DNA from: Anolis carolinensis
Taxonomy: Eukaryota
Direction of reading: 5' to 3'
NCBI RefSeq assembly: GCF_035594765.1
Contig: NC_085842.1
Coordinates: forward strand, 205,913,747-205,977,746
DNA: 64,000 bases
Each line of letters starts with the position of its first letter. Positions within the stretch are counted from its first letter, which is position 1. The notes beneath the pieces are model-generated. The model made no database searches, had not been told where the DNA came from, and was given only the letters and a program-made list of their open reading frames with translations. Both the position numbers and the translations under genes were made by a program. Of this stretch, positions 36,520-48,659 are shown one piece after another.

Positions 36520-37579
36520 TTGCCGCTATCTCCTCTTCTACTTCCTCCACGCTATCCGATAAGTCCTCAGTCTCTTTGTCCTTTGAAAACTGGATCAATA
36601 GCTCCTCAGCTTCTTTGGGAGAGTCGAATCTTCTTTTTTTTGTGTCCTTGGGATTTTTTTCCTTTTCTGCCGATTCCAGTTGTTTCTTTTGGGATAAATC
36701 TTTCTTCAATTTTCGGTAAAACTCGTCTGCCTTCTCTTCAGAAGTAATCCAATTTTTTTCACCATTGTAGGTCACCATAATCCCCTCGTATTTCTCCCAC
36801 CGGAATTTTATTTGCAGTCTCTTTAATTCGTCCGTAAGAAAGAAGTAGTTCCTACGTCTGTTTAATATAGATAGTGGAAACTCTTTTAATACCGCAACTC
36901 TTCGGTCTTTGTGGATAATTGGATTGCTTTTATTATTCCTCAGTAATTCGTCTCTATAGTTTTTTCTTGCGAAATGGACAATTACATCCCTAGCCACTTT
37001 ATTTTTTTTTGCATAATTCGTGTTTATTCTATATGCTCTATCAATCTGAGCACTGGTTTCCTGTTCGCTGCTGTTCATAGCTTTTGCTACTAGACTAATT
37101 ATGGTGCTTCTGATATTCTCCTTAGCCTCTTCCTGGACATTCCTAAATCTCAGTTGGAATTCCGTTTCGTTTAATTCCATCTTTTCCTGTAATTTTTCTA
37201 ATTTACTATTCTTAGCTTCAATCCCTTCTACTCTCCTTTGTAGTTTACTTCGTGTTCTTTCCTCTTTTACTTTCTCATCTCTCAGTTCAAGAATGTCCTT
37301 TGAGTTTTTTTGCACCTCACTTTTGATTGTGTACATCTCCTCTCTCAGCTCTTTTTTTAACTCAGTCAGTTCTTCTTGAAATAATTTTTGTTGCAAGTCT
37401 TGTTTACTGGCAATGGCTTGAATGTCCTTCTGTAGCAGGTCTTGTTTCTCCGAGACCCGTTGGATCTCTCTCAAAAGATCTTTCAAGTTTACTTCATCCG
37501 GGGTCGGGATCGAGTTCCTTCTTTGACCTGTTTTCAGCTCTTTCCAATCTTTATCCAGCTTTCCCTTGAAAGTTGCCAT
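36512..37579 (-). CDS. L1 ORF1p: coiled coil, RRM and CTD RNA-binding protein, 355 aa
   Basis: Heptad-rich N-terminal half, then LRFRNVQE, IDRAYRI, RDVIVHF and a basic CTD typical of vertebrate L1 ORF1p. Lies directly upstream of ORF2. Confidence 0.92.
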   Translation of the reverse strand: MATFKGKLDKDWKELKTGQRRNSIPTPDEVNLKDLLREIQRVSEKQDLLQKDIQAIASKQDLQQKLFQEELTELKKELREEMYTIKSEVQKNSKDILELRDEKVKEERTRSKLQRRVEGIEAKNSKLEKLQEKMELNETEFQLRFRNVQEEAKENIRSTIISLVAKAMNSSEQETSAQIDRAYRINTNYAKKNKVARDVIVHFARKNYRDELLRNNKSNPIIHKDRRVAVLKEFPLSILNRRRNYFFLTDELKRLQIKFRWEKYEGIMVTYNGEKNWITSEEKADEFYRKLKKDLSQKKQLESAEKEKNPKDTKKRRFDSPKEAEELLIQFSKDKETEDLSDSVEEVEEEIAANE

Positions 37580-38699
37580 ACTCCTCTCTTACGTGCTATT
37601 ATTTGTTCCTTGCTATGTTGTTTTATTGTTATATTGTAATTATGAATCAAACTCTCCGCCAGTATATGGCTCAGGTGCTCTGGGTCCAATCCGTCACACT
37701 TTTCCAGGTCACCACGACCTCCGACTGGCTCAGACTATATCCTCGGTACCACACTATATATATTGGTTGCTTCCTCCGGCTCAGGTTTCAATACCAAGAA
37801 GAAGCTCCTCTTCTCTTGCTTAGATGCCTACTTTACTCAATTCCCTGCAATAAAGACACGGCCTGAGGTATACTCAATAATATAATAATACATTACTGAA
37901 AAAAGGAAAACACCATAGAGACCGTACACCCTTTCTTCAGGTACTGCTCCTCCCGGAACCAGGCTTCCCCTTATTGTTGGGTCACTCCCGCCTCTGTTGT
38001 CGATATGTCAATATGCTCCGCAACTCCAGCCTGACTCCACCAGGGGCCTGTTATCCGGGGTACCCTTATTTTACTTACACAACCCCTCTTCTCTACGAAT
38101 TGATGCTCCTGCGGTGGTCTGCTGGAGTCTTTACTAGTCTTTGCTGGTCATGGACAGGTTTAAGCGTGTTTGTTTCCCACCGGAAGATCAACAGCGTCCC
38201 TCTGCGTAATTCCTCCTCGTAGTGTGTGTCGCTTAAGGCTTTCCCTCCGTGTTCCTTCCGTTCTCTTCAGCAGTTCTCGCCAGGGCTGTAGGCTCCCCCA
38301 CAGCTCTCGCGAGCCTCTGCTTATCTCCTGAGGGCTGCCGCAGACACAACAGCTTGCTCCAAGGTCAGTGGATTTCCAATCTCACCCTCTTCCTTGGGTC
38401 CGTTCGAAAAAAAAAGGAGATTTTGTTGAAACGCTGCCTTTCTCTTTTGGATCTGCCGTCCATAAACCACCTCCAAGCACGCTTACACAGTCTCTTTTTC
38501 TCGTGTCCCGGTCCGTTTCTTCCCAGTTCTAGCACTACCCGAACCCTTCCTAACACTTGAATTCCAACTGGGTATATGCTATGTTACACCAGAACAATAC
38601 AGTGGGTGCAGGGTACGTCTTCCTCATAATCTCATCATCTCATAAACTCCGGACACCATACTCTTATAACCAACTCGTTGCAGCCATATTCCTCCACAG

Positions 38700-39070
38700 C
38701 CGATAGTGAGCCCAATCAATGTTTGAACTTACGTTTCTATCTCCGGCTTCCCCACGCCGGAGTCTCGCTGCACTGGAACAATTTATTCCTTCTTGATGCG
38801 AGCGCGGCATACAGCTTGTAGAGAGATAGCTCTCTCTAGCGCACGAGCCGCTCCATGCTTGTCCCAATCCTCCGGACCCGCTCAATCCTCCACCCTTGAG
38901 GGGTGGCTGATTTTTGGGGCCATCGGTGGACGATGCGGACTTTGCTATCCCTCGCCGTATCGATCCGCGGGGAGGGCTGAGCCAAAGGCTCAAATTGGAC
39001 GCGATCTCGTGTGTACCATCAGGAGCCCCGGTGGTGCACGTCTGTCGCCATTCAGCGCTCACCGGAAGTC
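38700..39070 (-). promoter_or_regulatory. L1 internal promoter (CpG-rich 5' end)
   Basis: The element starts GACTTCCGGTGAGCGCTGAATGGCG (ETS-type CTTCCGG and YY1-type ATGGCG cores) and has high CpG density. Confidence 0.6.
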
Positions 39071-40870
39071 CCCCATACATATACCTCTTGTGTTAGGCTG
39101 CCAAAATGAGGAGAATCTGGGTTAAGACAAGAACGGATGTGTGCAAGCTGCTATTCGGAATGGAAAATAAATTCTTGGGCTGAGCATGTACACAGTGGCA
39201 ATTTGTTCTTCAGTTCATCTATGGCTTACCTTCCTGAACTATTATTTTGCTCCTGGCTTTGATTAATGGACCTCAAGAGTTTGGTGAAAAGCAACATAGA
39301 TTTCATGTGCTCAGAGCCTCCCAACTACTGCTGCTTTGCAGATTCAGGTCATCATATCAGTGACTAAAGATCCTGAAAACCTTGATGAGATGCGAAGACA
39401 AGGGTGAATCGCTACTTGACTCTACCTCTATGGCATCTTAACAGCTCACTAATTTATTACAGTATTAGCTTTTGTATTCTATAGTTCCCTTCACTGGATG
39501 GGTGGAATGTTATCCAAAATGTCAGGTGTGTATGATTGAGATCGTTATTGAATCCCGGCACCCCAAAAGACCTCAAAATCCATAGCCAAGAACAACACCA
39601 TGAAGGGTTCTACTATCTGATGTCTAGAATGACCTTTCCCACAGAAACATTGTCCAGTTAACATCTGAACATAAAATTTTCCCCATAGTTGCACAAGTAC
39701 ACATGTGCTAATCCTATTACTTCTCTGGTTGCTTGGCATAATTGCCTGGTGATCATTCTTCCTCGCCAACAATAAAACTCTCCACCCAACAATAAATTAA
39801 TCCCTGGCCAGCCATAAGGGTCTCCAAGTCACCCAATATCTTGCCACTGTGTCTCCCTGGAAACCCATCAAGGTGTTCTGGTATCCATTCTTTCCCCACC
39901 CAGACCCGTTGTCACATCCTAGCTGGTAGGAATCAAATCAGCCCTGAACCCTGCCCATATTCCTTCCCGCATGCACCCAAGGAAGGAGGACTCAGGAAAC
40001 AGCCAGAAGCTTCAAACAGAGCATTTGTAGTTTATTAACATTCCTGCCAGATAAGGAAACCAATCAGATGCAGCAGGAGACAGCATGCCTCCTCCAATCA
40101 GCATTTGGATCATAACTTGCACTAATCAGTTCCCAGAGCAGCCAAAGTCCATTGTTTGAATAGCTGTCAAATCTCTATAAATGTTTCTGTATGTATCCAT
40201 TGCTTTATGTCTGATTTGAGAATGCTGACTCTCTGATATCCACTTTTGGCCAAAGTGAATAAAGCATCTGATCCTTGACTTCGACCTACTTGAATCTAAT
40301 TTGATTTTTTGGACCCTAGGCATGTCGGGAACCAGAACATGCAATGCTTGCAAAGCTGAAATCACATATAAAAATGGAAGGGAGTTCAGAGGGAAATTAT
40401 ATGTACAAAGTTGGTGACCATTAGGTGAAGATATATGAATGATCTCTACTTTGGCATTGTATATTACATATTGAATGAAGAAATGTTCCAGGAGAAAACC
40501 AAAAGACTTTTTCTCCATTTGAGAAAAAGAACACCTAACTTTGGTCCTGTCTGAGACACTGGGAGGTCATTAGAGTGTACTGTTGCTGAGAAGGGATGGG
40601 AATGTGTCTCCAGGATAAGCAGTTCCTGTCTATATGCATTCTTCCTATGTCCTGCTTAACAGATACATATATAAGTAATCAGATATTATTAAATATGCCA
40701 AAGATGTTATCACAGGAACCCACTATTCCACTTCAAGTGCATTATCATTGACAGTGGATATTACTGGGCTGAGAACCTTTGATATTGCACTCAATCATGC
40801 CATTTGCCAGTATGCCAATCCATGATGCCATGACTGTATTTCTGTATACTGTCATAATTCTGCCATCCTG

Positions 40871-40946
<76 letters not shown>
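40871..40946. repeat. (TCTA)n microsatellite
   Basis: About 19 perfect tetranucleotide units. Confidence 0.97.
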
Positions 40947-40947
<1 letters not shown>

Positions 40948-41797
40948 GCAATTTCCAAACATTGGGAAATTTAACTATAAACCTGGGAATAGCAGGGGGT
41001 GGGGAGTAGGGGAATCTCACCCCTTTACTTCTGGCATGTCAGCAAAAGGGAATCACACCAAAGCAGGTGATGGAAATATTTCAAGATTGTGAGCTATTGA
41101 CAGGTTTTACCTGTCAATAGTGAGGGACAAGGAAATCATGGGGAAAGGGCTTGCCCATAGCATTTATTCCAGTTTACTTGCCTTGAGAGATAAAGTTCTA
41201 GGTTTCCAGCAGTGCCTTCTCACAGGGACCCTCACCTTGAAACCAACATGGGAAGCTTGAAGTAGAAGTTTCAAGCTTGGTAAGCAGAGAACACAAATAT
41301 TATAATCATAAATAAATAAATAAATAAATAAAATTATTGGTGGATCTCAGGCTTTTAGTGGCATTCAAAACTTGCCAGATGGTAAATCCAGTCATGATAT
41401 CAGACACCAAAAATTAAACCACTACAGCAAACTGCCTCACTGAATAGACAGACTTTGTAAAAAGCCAACAAAGCTGCAGTTAATAGTCTTGATGAAGATG
41501 CACCATAACATCCCAAATGGCCTTGGGTCACTCATCATATCATTTTGCACATTGCTCACACCACAGTGCAAAGCACAAACTGAATGTGTGTCGCCTTTTG
41601 ACTTCTGTCTGCAGATATTCTCTTCTTTTCTAGCATTTGAATCTCATTATGAAACTCAGACTCTTCTCCACAGATGGGTATCAAGGCAGGTGGTTATTCT
41701 CATATGAACAGTTCCCATATTATTCAAGAAAAAAATGTAAGAAGATTTTCAGCTAGACCAGTCTGGAATCAAATACAGACTGGTTATACATACACAT

Positions 41798-42111
41798 AGG
41801 TAAAGGTAAAGGCTTCCCCTGACGTTAAGTCCAGTCATGTCTGACTCTGGGGTGTGGTGCACATCTCCATTTCTAAGCTGAAGAGCCAGCGTTGTCCATA
41901 GACACCTCCAAGGTCATGTGGCCGGCATGACTGCATGGAGCGCTGTTACCTTCCCGCCAGAGCGGTACCTATTGATCTACTCACATTGGCATGTTTTCGA
42001 ACTGCTAGGTTGGCAGGAACTGGAGCTAACAGCAGCCGCTCCCGCAGCTCCCGGGGCTTGAACCTGGGACCTTTCGGTCTGCAGCTCAGTGCTTTAACGC
42101 ACTTTGCCACC
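41798..42111 (-). mobile_element. Sauria SINE, near full length
   Basis: AGGTAAAGGTAAAGG tail and body complementary to 8193-8520. Confidence 0.9.
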
Positions 42112-42117
42112 TATACA

Positions 42118-42154
<37 letters not shown>

Positions 42155-42250
42155 AAAACAATAACAAAAACCCTATTATAAACTCTATTATATATAACCA
42201 TATATTTATCTTAAACATGTATACAAAGATCCATATTATATGCCATTATA

Positions 42251-42281
<31 letters not shown>

Positions 42282-43207
42282 GCATCTCGAGCTCTGAGGA
42301 TTAACTGGGAAGGAATCCCACTGGAGCATTGCAGCACACCAAAATACCTGGGAGTTACTCTAGACCGTACTCTGACTAATAAGAAACACTGCTTGAATAT
42401 CAGGCAAAAAGTGGGTGCTAGAAATAACATCATATGAAAGCTGACTGGCACAACCTGGGGATCACAATCAGACTCAGTGAAGACATCTGCCCTTGCACTT
42501 TGCTACTCTGCTGCTGAATATGTATGCCCAGTTTGGAATTCATCTCACCATGTTAAAACAGTGGCTATGGCTCTTAAGACATGTCGCATTATCTATACCC
42601 CACACCACTGGAGAAATTATACTGTTTAGCCAGTATTGCACCACCTGACACCCATCGGAAAGTAGCAGCCTGTAATGAAAGGACCAAGGCATTGACATCT
42701 CTGGCCCATCCTCTGTTCGGATATAAGCCACCAAGCCAATGGATTAAATCAAGAAATAGCTTCCTAAGATCTACAGAGACACTTGCAGGAACACCTCAGC
42801 AAGCAAGAGTCCAAAAGTGACAAGTTAAAACCTAGAACCTCAATCAGTGGCTGATACCAGATGAGAAACTCCTTCCTGGACACACAGAAGACTGAACAAC
42901 TTAGAAGGAGCTGAACAGACTATAGTCTGGCATCACAAGATGAAGAGCTAACCTTAAGAAATGGGGCTACAAAGTGGAGTCTGCGACATGCAAGTGTGAA
43001 GAAGAGCAAACCACAGACCACTTACTATAATGCAGCCTGAGCCCTGCCACATGCACAATGGAGGACTTTTTTATAGTAACACCAGAGGCACCCAAAGTGG
43101 TCAGCTTCTGGTCAAAGCTAATTTAGCATAATGCCAAGTTTTTAACTTTGTTTGTGGTTTTTATACATTATAACTGTATTCTCAATTCGCTTCTGACACA
43201 ATAAATA
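42282..43207 (+). mobile_element. Vingi (ingi-clade) LINE, 5'-truncated and decayed
   Basis: PKYLGVTLDRTL, RNNII.KL.GTTWG, LCYSAAEY.CPVW and a C-terminal CKC.EEQTTDHL motif. The 3' end is CTCAATTCGCTTCTGACAC followed by ATAAATA, and the copy sits in (TAAA)n. Confidence 0.8.
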
Positions 43208-43859
43208 CATATAAATAAGTGCAACAACATATGAAGTGCAACAGTTGTGAAGCCAGTCATACGTAGTAGTATTTAATATCCTGCTTTTTCTCTCCTAAAG
43301 AAGACTCAAAGTGGCTGATACTAAAAATAAGAACAATGAATAAATTAAAAACTCAAGCATATAAACATTAAAACAGAATCAAATATATGACTATCAAAAA
43401 TACATCGTTAAATCCAATAAAACCATTTAAAATATATTAAACAACATAAAACACAGTTCCCTCAAACTCAGTCTTTAAAACTTTATTCTTTAAAAGCATT
43501 CCTGAAAAGAAAATTTGCTATGAAAGGAGCTTCAATATATTTATTTCCACATATAACTTTTAGACAAATTATTTTTAACAGTTTTGTCATGACAATGTCA
43601 ACCATGTATGCTCATGTACAAGTTAACCTGATGTATAAGTCAATTGCAGGTATGGAGGTCAAAATTATGGATTTTGATCTGGCTCATGGATAAGTCGAGG
43701 GAGAGATAAAAACATCAATGTGATCTCGGGAGGCCAGTTGCCCCTCACTTCTATTGCTACCATTTTCATATCCAGATATTAAAAAAGGCCAAAAGCAGCA
43801 CTATAGCAGAGAGATGCCCCTTTTTGGGTTTTCTTCGATGAACTTAGGTCCCATTGATT

Positions 43860-43975
43860 TCAGAAGGCTTTAGTGGATCTTTTATAGAAATATGTTAAAT
43901 TTTTGCTATGTTCGTGTTTTTAAATTGTTTTGTAACCCGCCTTGAGCCTTGAGTCACAGGGAAAGGCCGGTAAGA

Positions 43976-44019
<44 letters not shown>
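43860..44019 (+). mobile_element. L2-type 3' tail with (TAA)n microsatellite
   Basis: TGTAACCCGCCTTGAGCC...AAGGCCGGTAAGAAAT followed by (AAT)n. Confidence 0.65.
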
Positions 44020-44020
<1 letters not shown>

Positions 44021-45147
44021 TAAATGTATGCTAAGTACTTAGCCTTAATTTAGTAGGATGAGATGCATAATAGGCATTTACTTCACAAGCACTGTTGTTT
44101 ACTCAACTGTTGTGCATGTTGTATTTTAAATTGATTTGCTTTTTTGGAAGCTTCACAACACACTTTTTGATCCAAGTGCTTTATTTGGACTTTTTTTTTC
44201 ATGAAAGCCTTTTTCACTGAAACCTCTTTTATAGTGACCAGTACTCAAAGCTCTCTGCTTTTTAAAGCGTCGTCCCTCCTGCCACCCATGAAAATTGTCT
44301 CTTCATAGCACTGATTTAGTACCATGCTGAGGAGATAAAGAGGCAACTGTGCAAGTGTTTCCTATCAGGCAAGTTAATGTAGAAAGGGTTTCTAGTGTGT
44401 GACAGATAGTTGACTGACAGATGAATAGTAAGTACATCCAACTTCCAAGTGTGTGGTTTACAGAGGTCTTCAGGTTCAGATCAGGAAACCTGTAACACAG
44501 TCACCAATGTTCAGATCCTCCTGCATCCAAGGAGAGCAGCATTCTTTTTCTTCCCTTACAAGACATTTTCTCATGGTTTCTCATTGGAATATAACATGTG
44601 TTCCCCCTCCCCCACTGTCATCTTGACAGTGGCTGTCACACTTAAAAGAGAATACTGCTGATGTTGCAGGTACTGGCAGAAGGGCTCCTCTCTCACTCCC
44701 ATCAAAATAATTAAACAGTTTCAAGCTTTACCAAGTTTCTTTTCTTCTTCTTCTTAAGATTCTGACACTTATTGATTTCTTTCTATAGAATCATATCCTT
44801 TAATTCTGTCAATGACAGGGTCTATAGTAAATCTGCTTACATTTTACTGGCAGTATTTACTTATTGGATTATTCAAGCAGTATTTAGTTATTTATTATGG
44901 AGTGTTGCTTCAAGGGAATGCTTGTGTGCTAGATGTTGTTTTTCTTTCCTCTCTATATCTTCAAATGTTTGTCTGTTCCAATATTGTCAAAGCTTGAATT
45001 GAATTTCTAAAGTAGTTGCTTGGCTTCTCAAAGCCGACTCATTAACAGATCAAAAAAAAAAAAGATAACTCAAGGAAATGGGATTTTGTTTTATTAGCTT
45101 GTTGGTTGCGTGTTGCAAAGGAGGGGAAGTATGCGTGTGCACAAATA

Positions 45148-45459
45148 CAGTAGAGTCTCACTTATCCAATGTAAATGGGCTGGCAGAACATTGGATAAGC
45201 GAATATGTTGGATAATAAGGAGAGATTAAGGAGAAGCCTATTAAACATCAAATTAGGTTATGATTTTACAAATTGAGCACCAAAACATCATGTTATACAA
45301 CAAATTTGACAGAAAAAGTATGTAATGCTATGTAGTAATTACTGTATTTACGAATTTAGCATCAAAATATCATGATGTATTGAAAACATTGACTACAAAA
45401 ATGTGTTGGATAATCCAGAACATTGGATAAGGGAGTGTTGGATAAGTGAGACTCTACTG
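45148..45459. mobile_element. Tc1/mariner-superfamily MITE
   Basis: TA|CAGTAGAGTCTCACTTATCCAA...TTGGATAAGTGAGACTCTACTG|TA. Confidence 0.92.
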
Positions 45460-45474
45460 TACATGAGTATAGAA

Positions 45475-46055
45475 CAGTGGTCCCCAATAACTAAAATATA
45501 GTCCGCAACCTCACTGTTACTACACCGTTGCAACGAGGACGACTAGTCTCATGAAATCCTCTTATAGTGCCGAGGCAACTGAGATGTCGGGATGGGACAG
45601 TACCTACGAAAGGCACGACAACAAGCCTGCTGATTGCTGCCTCTCCTCCTCCTCCCTCCCCTTAAGCGGAGCCGTTCCATGTGGTGCCTGGAAGTGGGGG
45701 TGCCTTGTTGTCTTCATTTTTAGGCCTGTTCCTGCGGTTATTTGGAGTGTTGGTTCAGAAGATTGCACTGGAGAGACCACATCAGCTCTAGATTATTAAA
45801 TACGGTTTTCTGTGGGTGAGCAGATGACGACTACTGGATGGCATATGCTCTGTATCAGAAACTAGAGCTGATGTGGTCTATCCAATAAAGTTTTCTGAAT
45901 CAGTACCCTAAATAACCAAACTGAATCTAAAGTTCACCAAAAACTGATTTTTAACCCTTTTGGGACTAATATTGGAGAGTGGTCCCTGGTCAAAATGGTC
46001 CCTGGTCAAGTGCCCCCTGATCAAAAAAAAAAAAAAAAAAGGTTGGGAACCACTG
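45475..46055. mobile_element. hAT/Charlie MITE carrying a Chapaev-like internal segment
   Basis: CAGTGGTCCCCAA...TTGGGAACCACTG with perfect 8-bp TSD GTATAGAA (45467-45474, 46056-46063). Confidence 0.88.
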
Positions 46056-47017
46056 GTATAGAACTATTATCCCACTATGAAACCATAATCTAATGATGAG
46101 AATTCAGGCAGTAGCTTAAACATATTTTTGGATGTCTGCAAGAGGCAGGAATATCAGTTTGCCAGTTGTTTTCTATTCCTACTGTAAAGATTTTATCAAG
46201 GTTGCCCTGTTCCCATGGCCCTGTTCTAGGTATCAGTATTTTCAAAACTGAAAGGCAGCAAACAATTCTGGAAACTCTATTTTAAAGTCTCTCATGAAAA
46301 TGTACTCTACCTGTTTAAAACATAAGAGAGAAATAATGTGACATACTATGAATTCCTCCATCCTCTATTTTGTACCACATGATCCATACTGAATGTGGAA
46401 CTATTGGCTTGAAATAATATGGAGATAGCTTTATACCATCATATCTATATCTCTGGTGTGCTGAATGCAATGTATGGGCAGCCACCAGAACAAACAATAT
46501 TTTCCTGTATTATGTTTAGTTCTAGAAAGTGAACAGAATTCGGTCCTGAAGCTCCTCTACTCCAGTCAGTTATGTCTTCTTATAAGCTATCCTCTGTATG
46601 TTTCTGTATACTCTGATGAAGAGGACTATAAACCTGGTGCCATCTTACACTACCTGGCTTTTAACATTAATAAGAAAAACCTAATTCTAAATCAGAACCT
46701 TTACCAAAATCTAACTGAGGACTTCATCACATGCAGTAAGACAGATAGACAGACAGAAAGACATGGACTAAAATACTTATTTTCTTCCATCCCACTCACT
46801 TTCTTTCTTTCTGATTTATCTGCAAGTCTCTAATTTTTAATTAATAACCAGCCATGAGATGCTCTTGCATTATCTTGAAAAATCTGTTGTTTCTTGATTA
46901 AGTTCTCACATATACACCATGTGCCTCTCACTTTACTCTGGGATAAGTGTACTGATTTATACACAGCAACTTTGGCCATGGACTCTTCTCTTGATGTTTG
47001 CATTTTTCCAGCTACAG

Positions 47018-47151
47018 CTGTGGTTCTTAACCTGTGGGTCCCAGATGTTTTGGCCCACAACTCCCAGAAATCCCAACCAGTTTACCAGCTGTTAGGATTT
47101 CTGAGAGTTGAAGGCCAAAACATCTGGGGACCCACAGGTTGAGAATCACTG
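47018..47151. mobile_element. SPIN/URR1-like short hAT MITE
   Basis: Perfect 8-bp TSD AGCTACAG (47010-47017, 47152-47159) and palindromic body. Confidence 0.88.
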
Positions 47152-47542
47152 AGCTACAGATATATCTCAAAATATTTGCTTGTGTTTTCTCACACATCAG
47201 GTACACCTCTATCCTCCCGTACCTTCTACAAAGCATACATACAGCACTGTCATCAGATCCTTATGTTACATTCCAGTTTCTCTATATCCTACTTCCATGT
47301 CTTATCAGCATAGGTTTGTGGTAATAATGGAAATGATGCAGAACAATACAGTGCTTGAAAAAGTTATGATTATTCTTTAGAATCTCTCAGTCAACATAAT
47401 CAGCTGTAATCTGAAAAGGATTCCCTCTTAGGTTCTGCAATTATATCACTATTCTATCCATTATTGGCAGGCAAAGAGTTATAAAGGCTTTTCTTTTTAA
47501 TGCAAATGTTCCCAGTTTGCTGATCCTACCTGATTTGGTGTA

Positions 47543-47881
47543 CAGTGTTCCCTCACTTATCGTGGGGGTTAGGTTCCAGGACCACCCGCAATAACTGAAA
47601 ATCCACGAAGTAGGGACACTATATTTATTTTAATTTTTATACATTATTTTAGTTATACGCTATGTTAAGTCTTTATCAACCAATGGTGTGTTGATAATTC
47701 ACCTCTTTCTCCTCCCGTTGCCACTTGGGCTCCTTTTCTTGACCTTTGGCTTCTCCTTCCTCCCTTCCTCAGGCTGTAAATTGCAATTTTTATGATTTAT
47801 AATATTCTTTTAGAGTTTATTGAAAAACAGCAAAACAGCAAATCTGTGAAAAGTGAACTGCGAAGTAGTGAGGGAACACTG
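47543..47881. mobile_element. Tigger/pogo-like MITE
   Basis: TA|CAGTGTTCCCTCACT...AGTGAGGGAACACTG|TA. Confidence 0.9.
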
Positions 47882-48659
47882 TATCATGCTGTTTAACGAA
47901 GAGGGATTAATGGATAGCGTATTGACTACACCATGAATCATGTAACAGTTATGTTGTAAGCAAACACAACATCTCCTTTTCTGTCCCTTCAGAATCTGTA
48001 CCCAGAAACCCCTCAAGCTATTTTTTAAGATCTAGCAAGTCACATGCAAAGCATTTTCCTCAAATCCACAAGAGATATTTTCTTCCTAAGAAGTAAAATC
48101 CACTGGAGAATATTCCTATTCATATTTTTAACTTCACTAGGTCATTAGTAGACGCGTATGACAAATTCATCTAGTGAGCAATCTCAGATGTCCCAAGAAG
48201 GGTTTGCTCTCCACTGAGTTAGCGGCATCTTGTTCTCCCCAGCCTTTTCTGTAATCTCCAGAGATGCAAATAATGAGTTTTTCCCCAGTGGTGATCTTCT
48301 GTTTCCCAGTGTGACTCCACACACAGAGACACATATTTCTCATAGTCAAAATGCATGCACAATTTTTAAAAAATGTCTCATATTATAATGATGTACCTAC
48401 TCATGTTCTTTCTCAGAAATTTCCCTTTGTTCCAACAATATATAGCTGCCAGTCTTTCATGTGCTCATTTAGTTGTTTCTATCTTTCAAAACAGGAGTAG
48501 TTAGGAGCATGAATAATCCTGTGTAATGGTCCTGTGGATGTGCCACTTACTAAAATTGTCTTTTCCTTCCCCTCATTTCTACTCTATGTTGCCTCCTATA
48601 TCACTGTCTAGAGATTCCTCCACCCTGAGAAATAAAAAGATATGGGTTTTCCCTTGCGC

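Larger units (their letters stand above)
32481..39070 (-). mobile_element. Full-length L1 retrotransposon, about 6.6 kb, structurally intact
   Basis: 5' UTR 37580-39070, ORF1, ORF2, 3' UTR with AATAAA (32504-32509) and poly(A). Perfect 19-bp TSD CCCCATACATATACCTCTT (32462-32480, 39071-39089). Confidence 0.97.

Noticed and set aside
38664-39125. ORF0-like or upstream ORFs in the L1 5' UTR (138 aa minus, 110 aa plus)
   Set aside because: The minus ORF starts in the flanking TSD, and the plus ORF starts at TTG and runs into the flank. No recognisable motifs; expected in GC-rich sequence.
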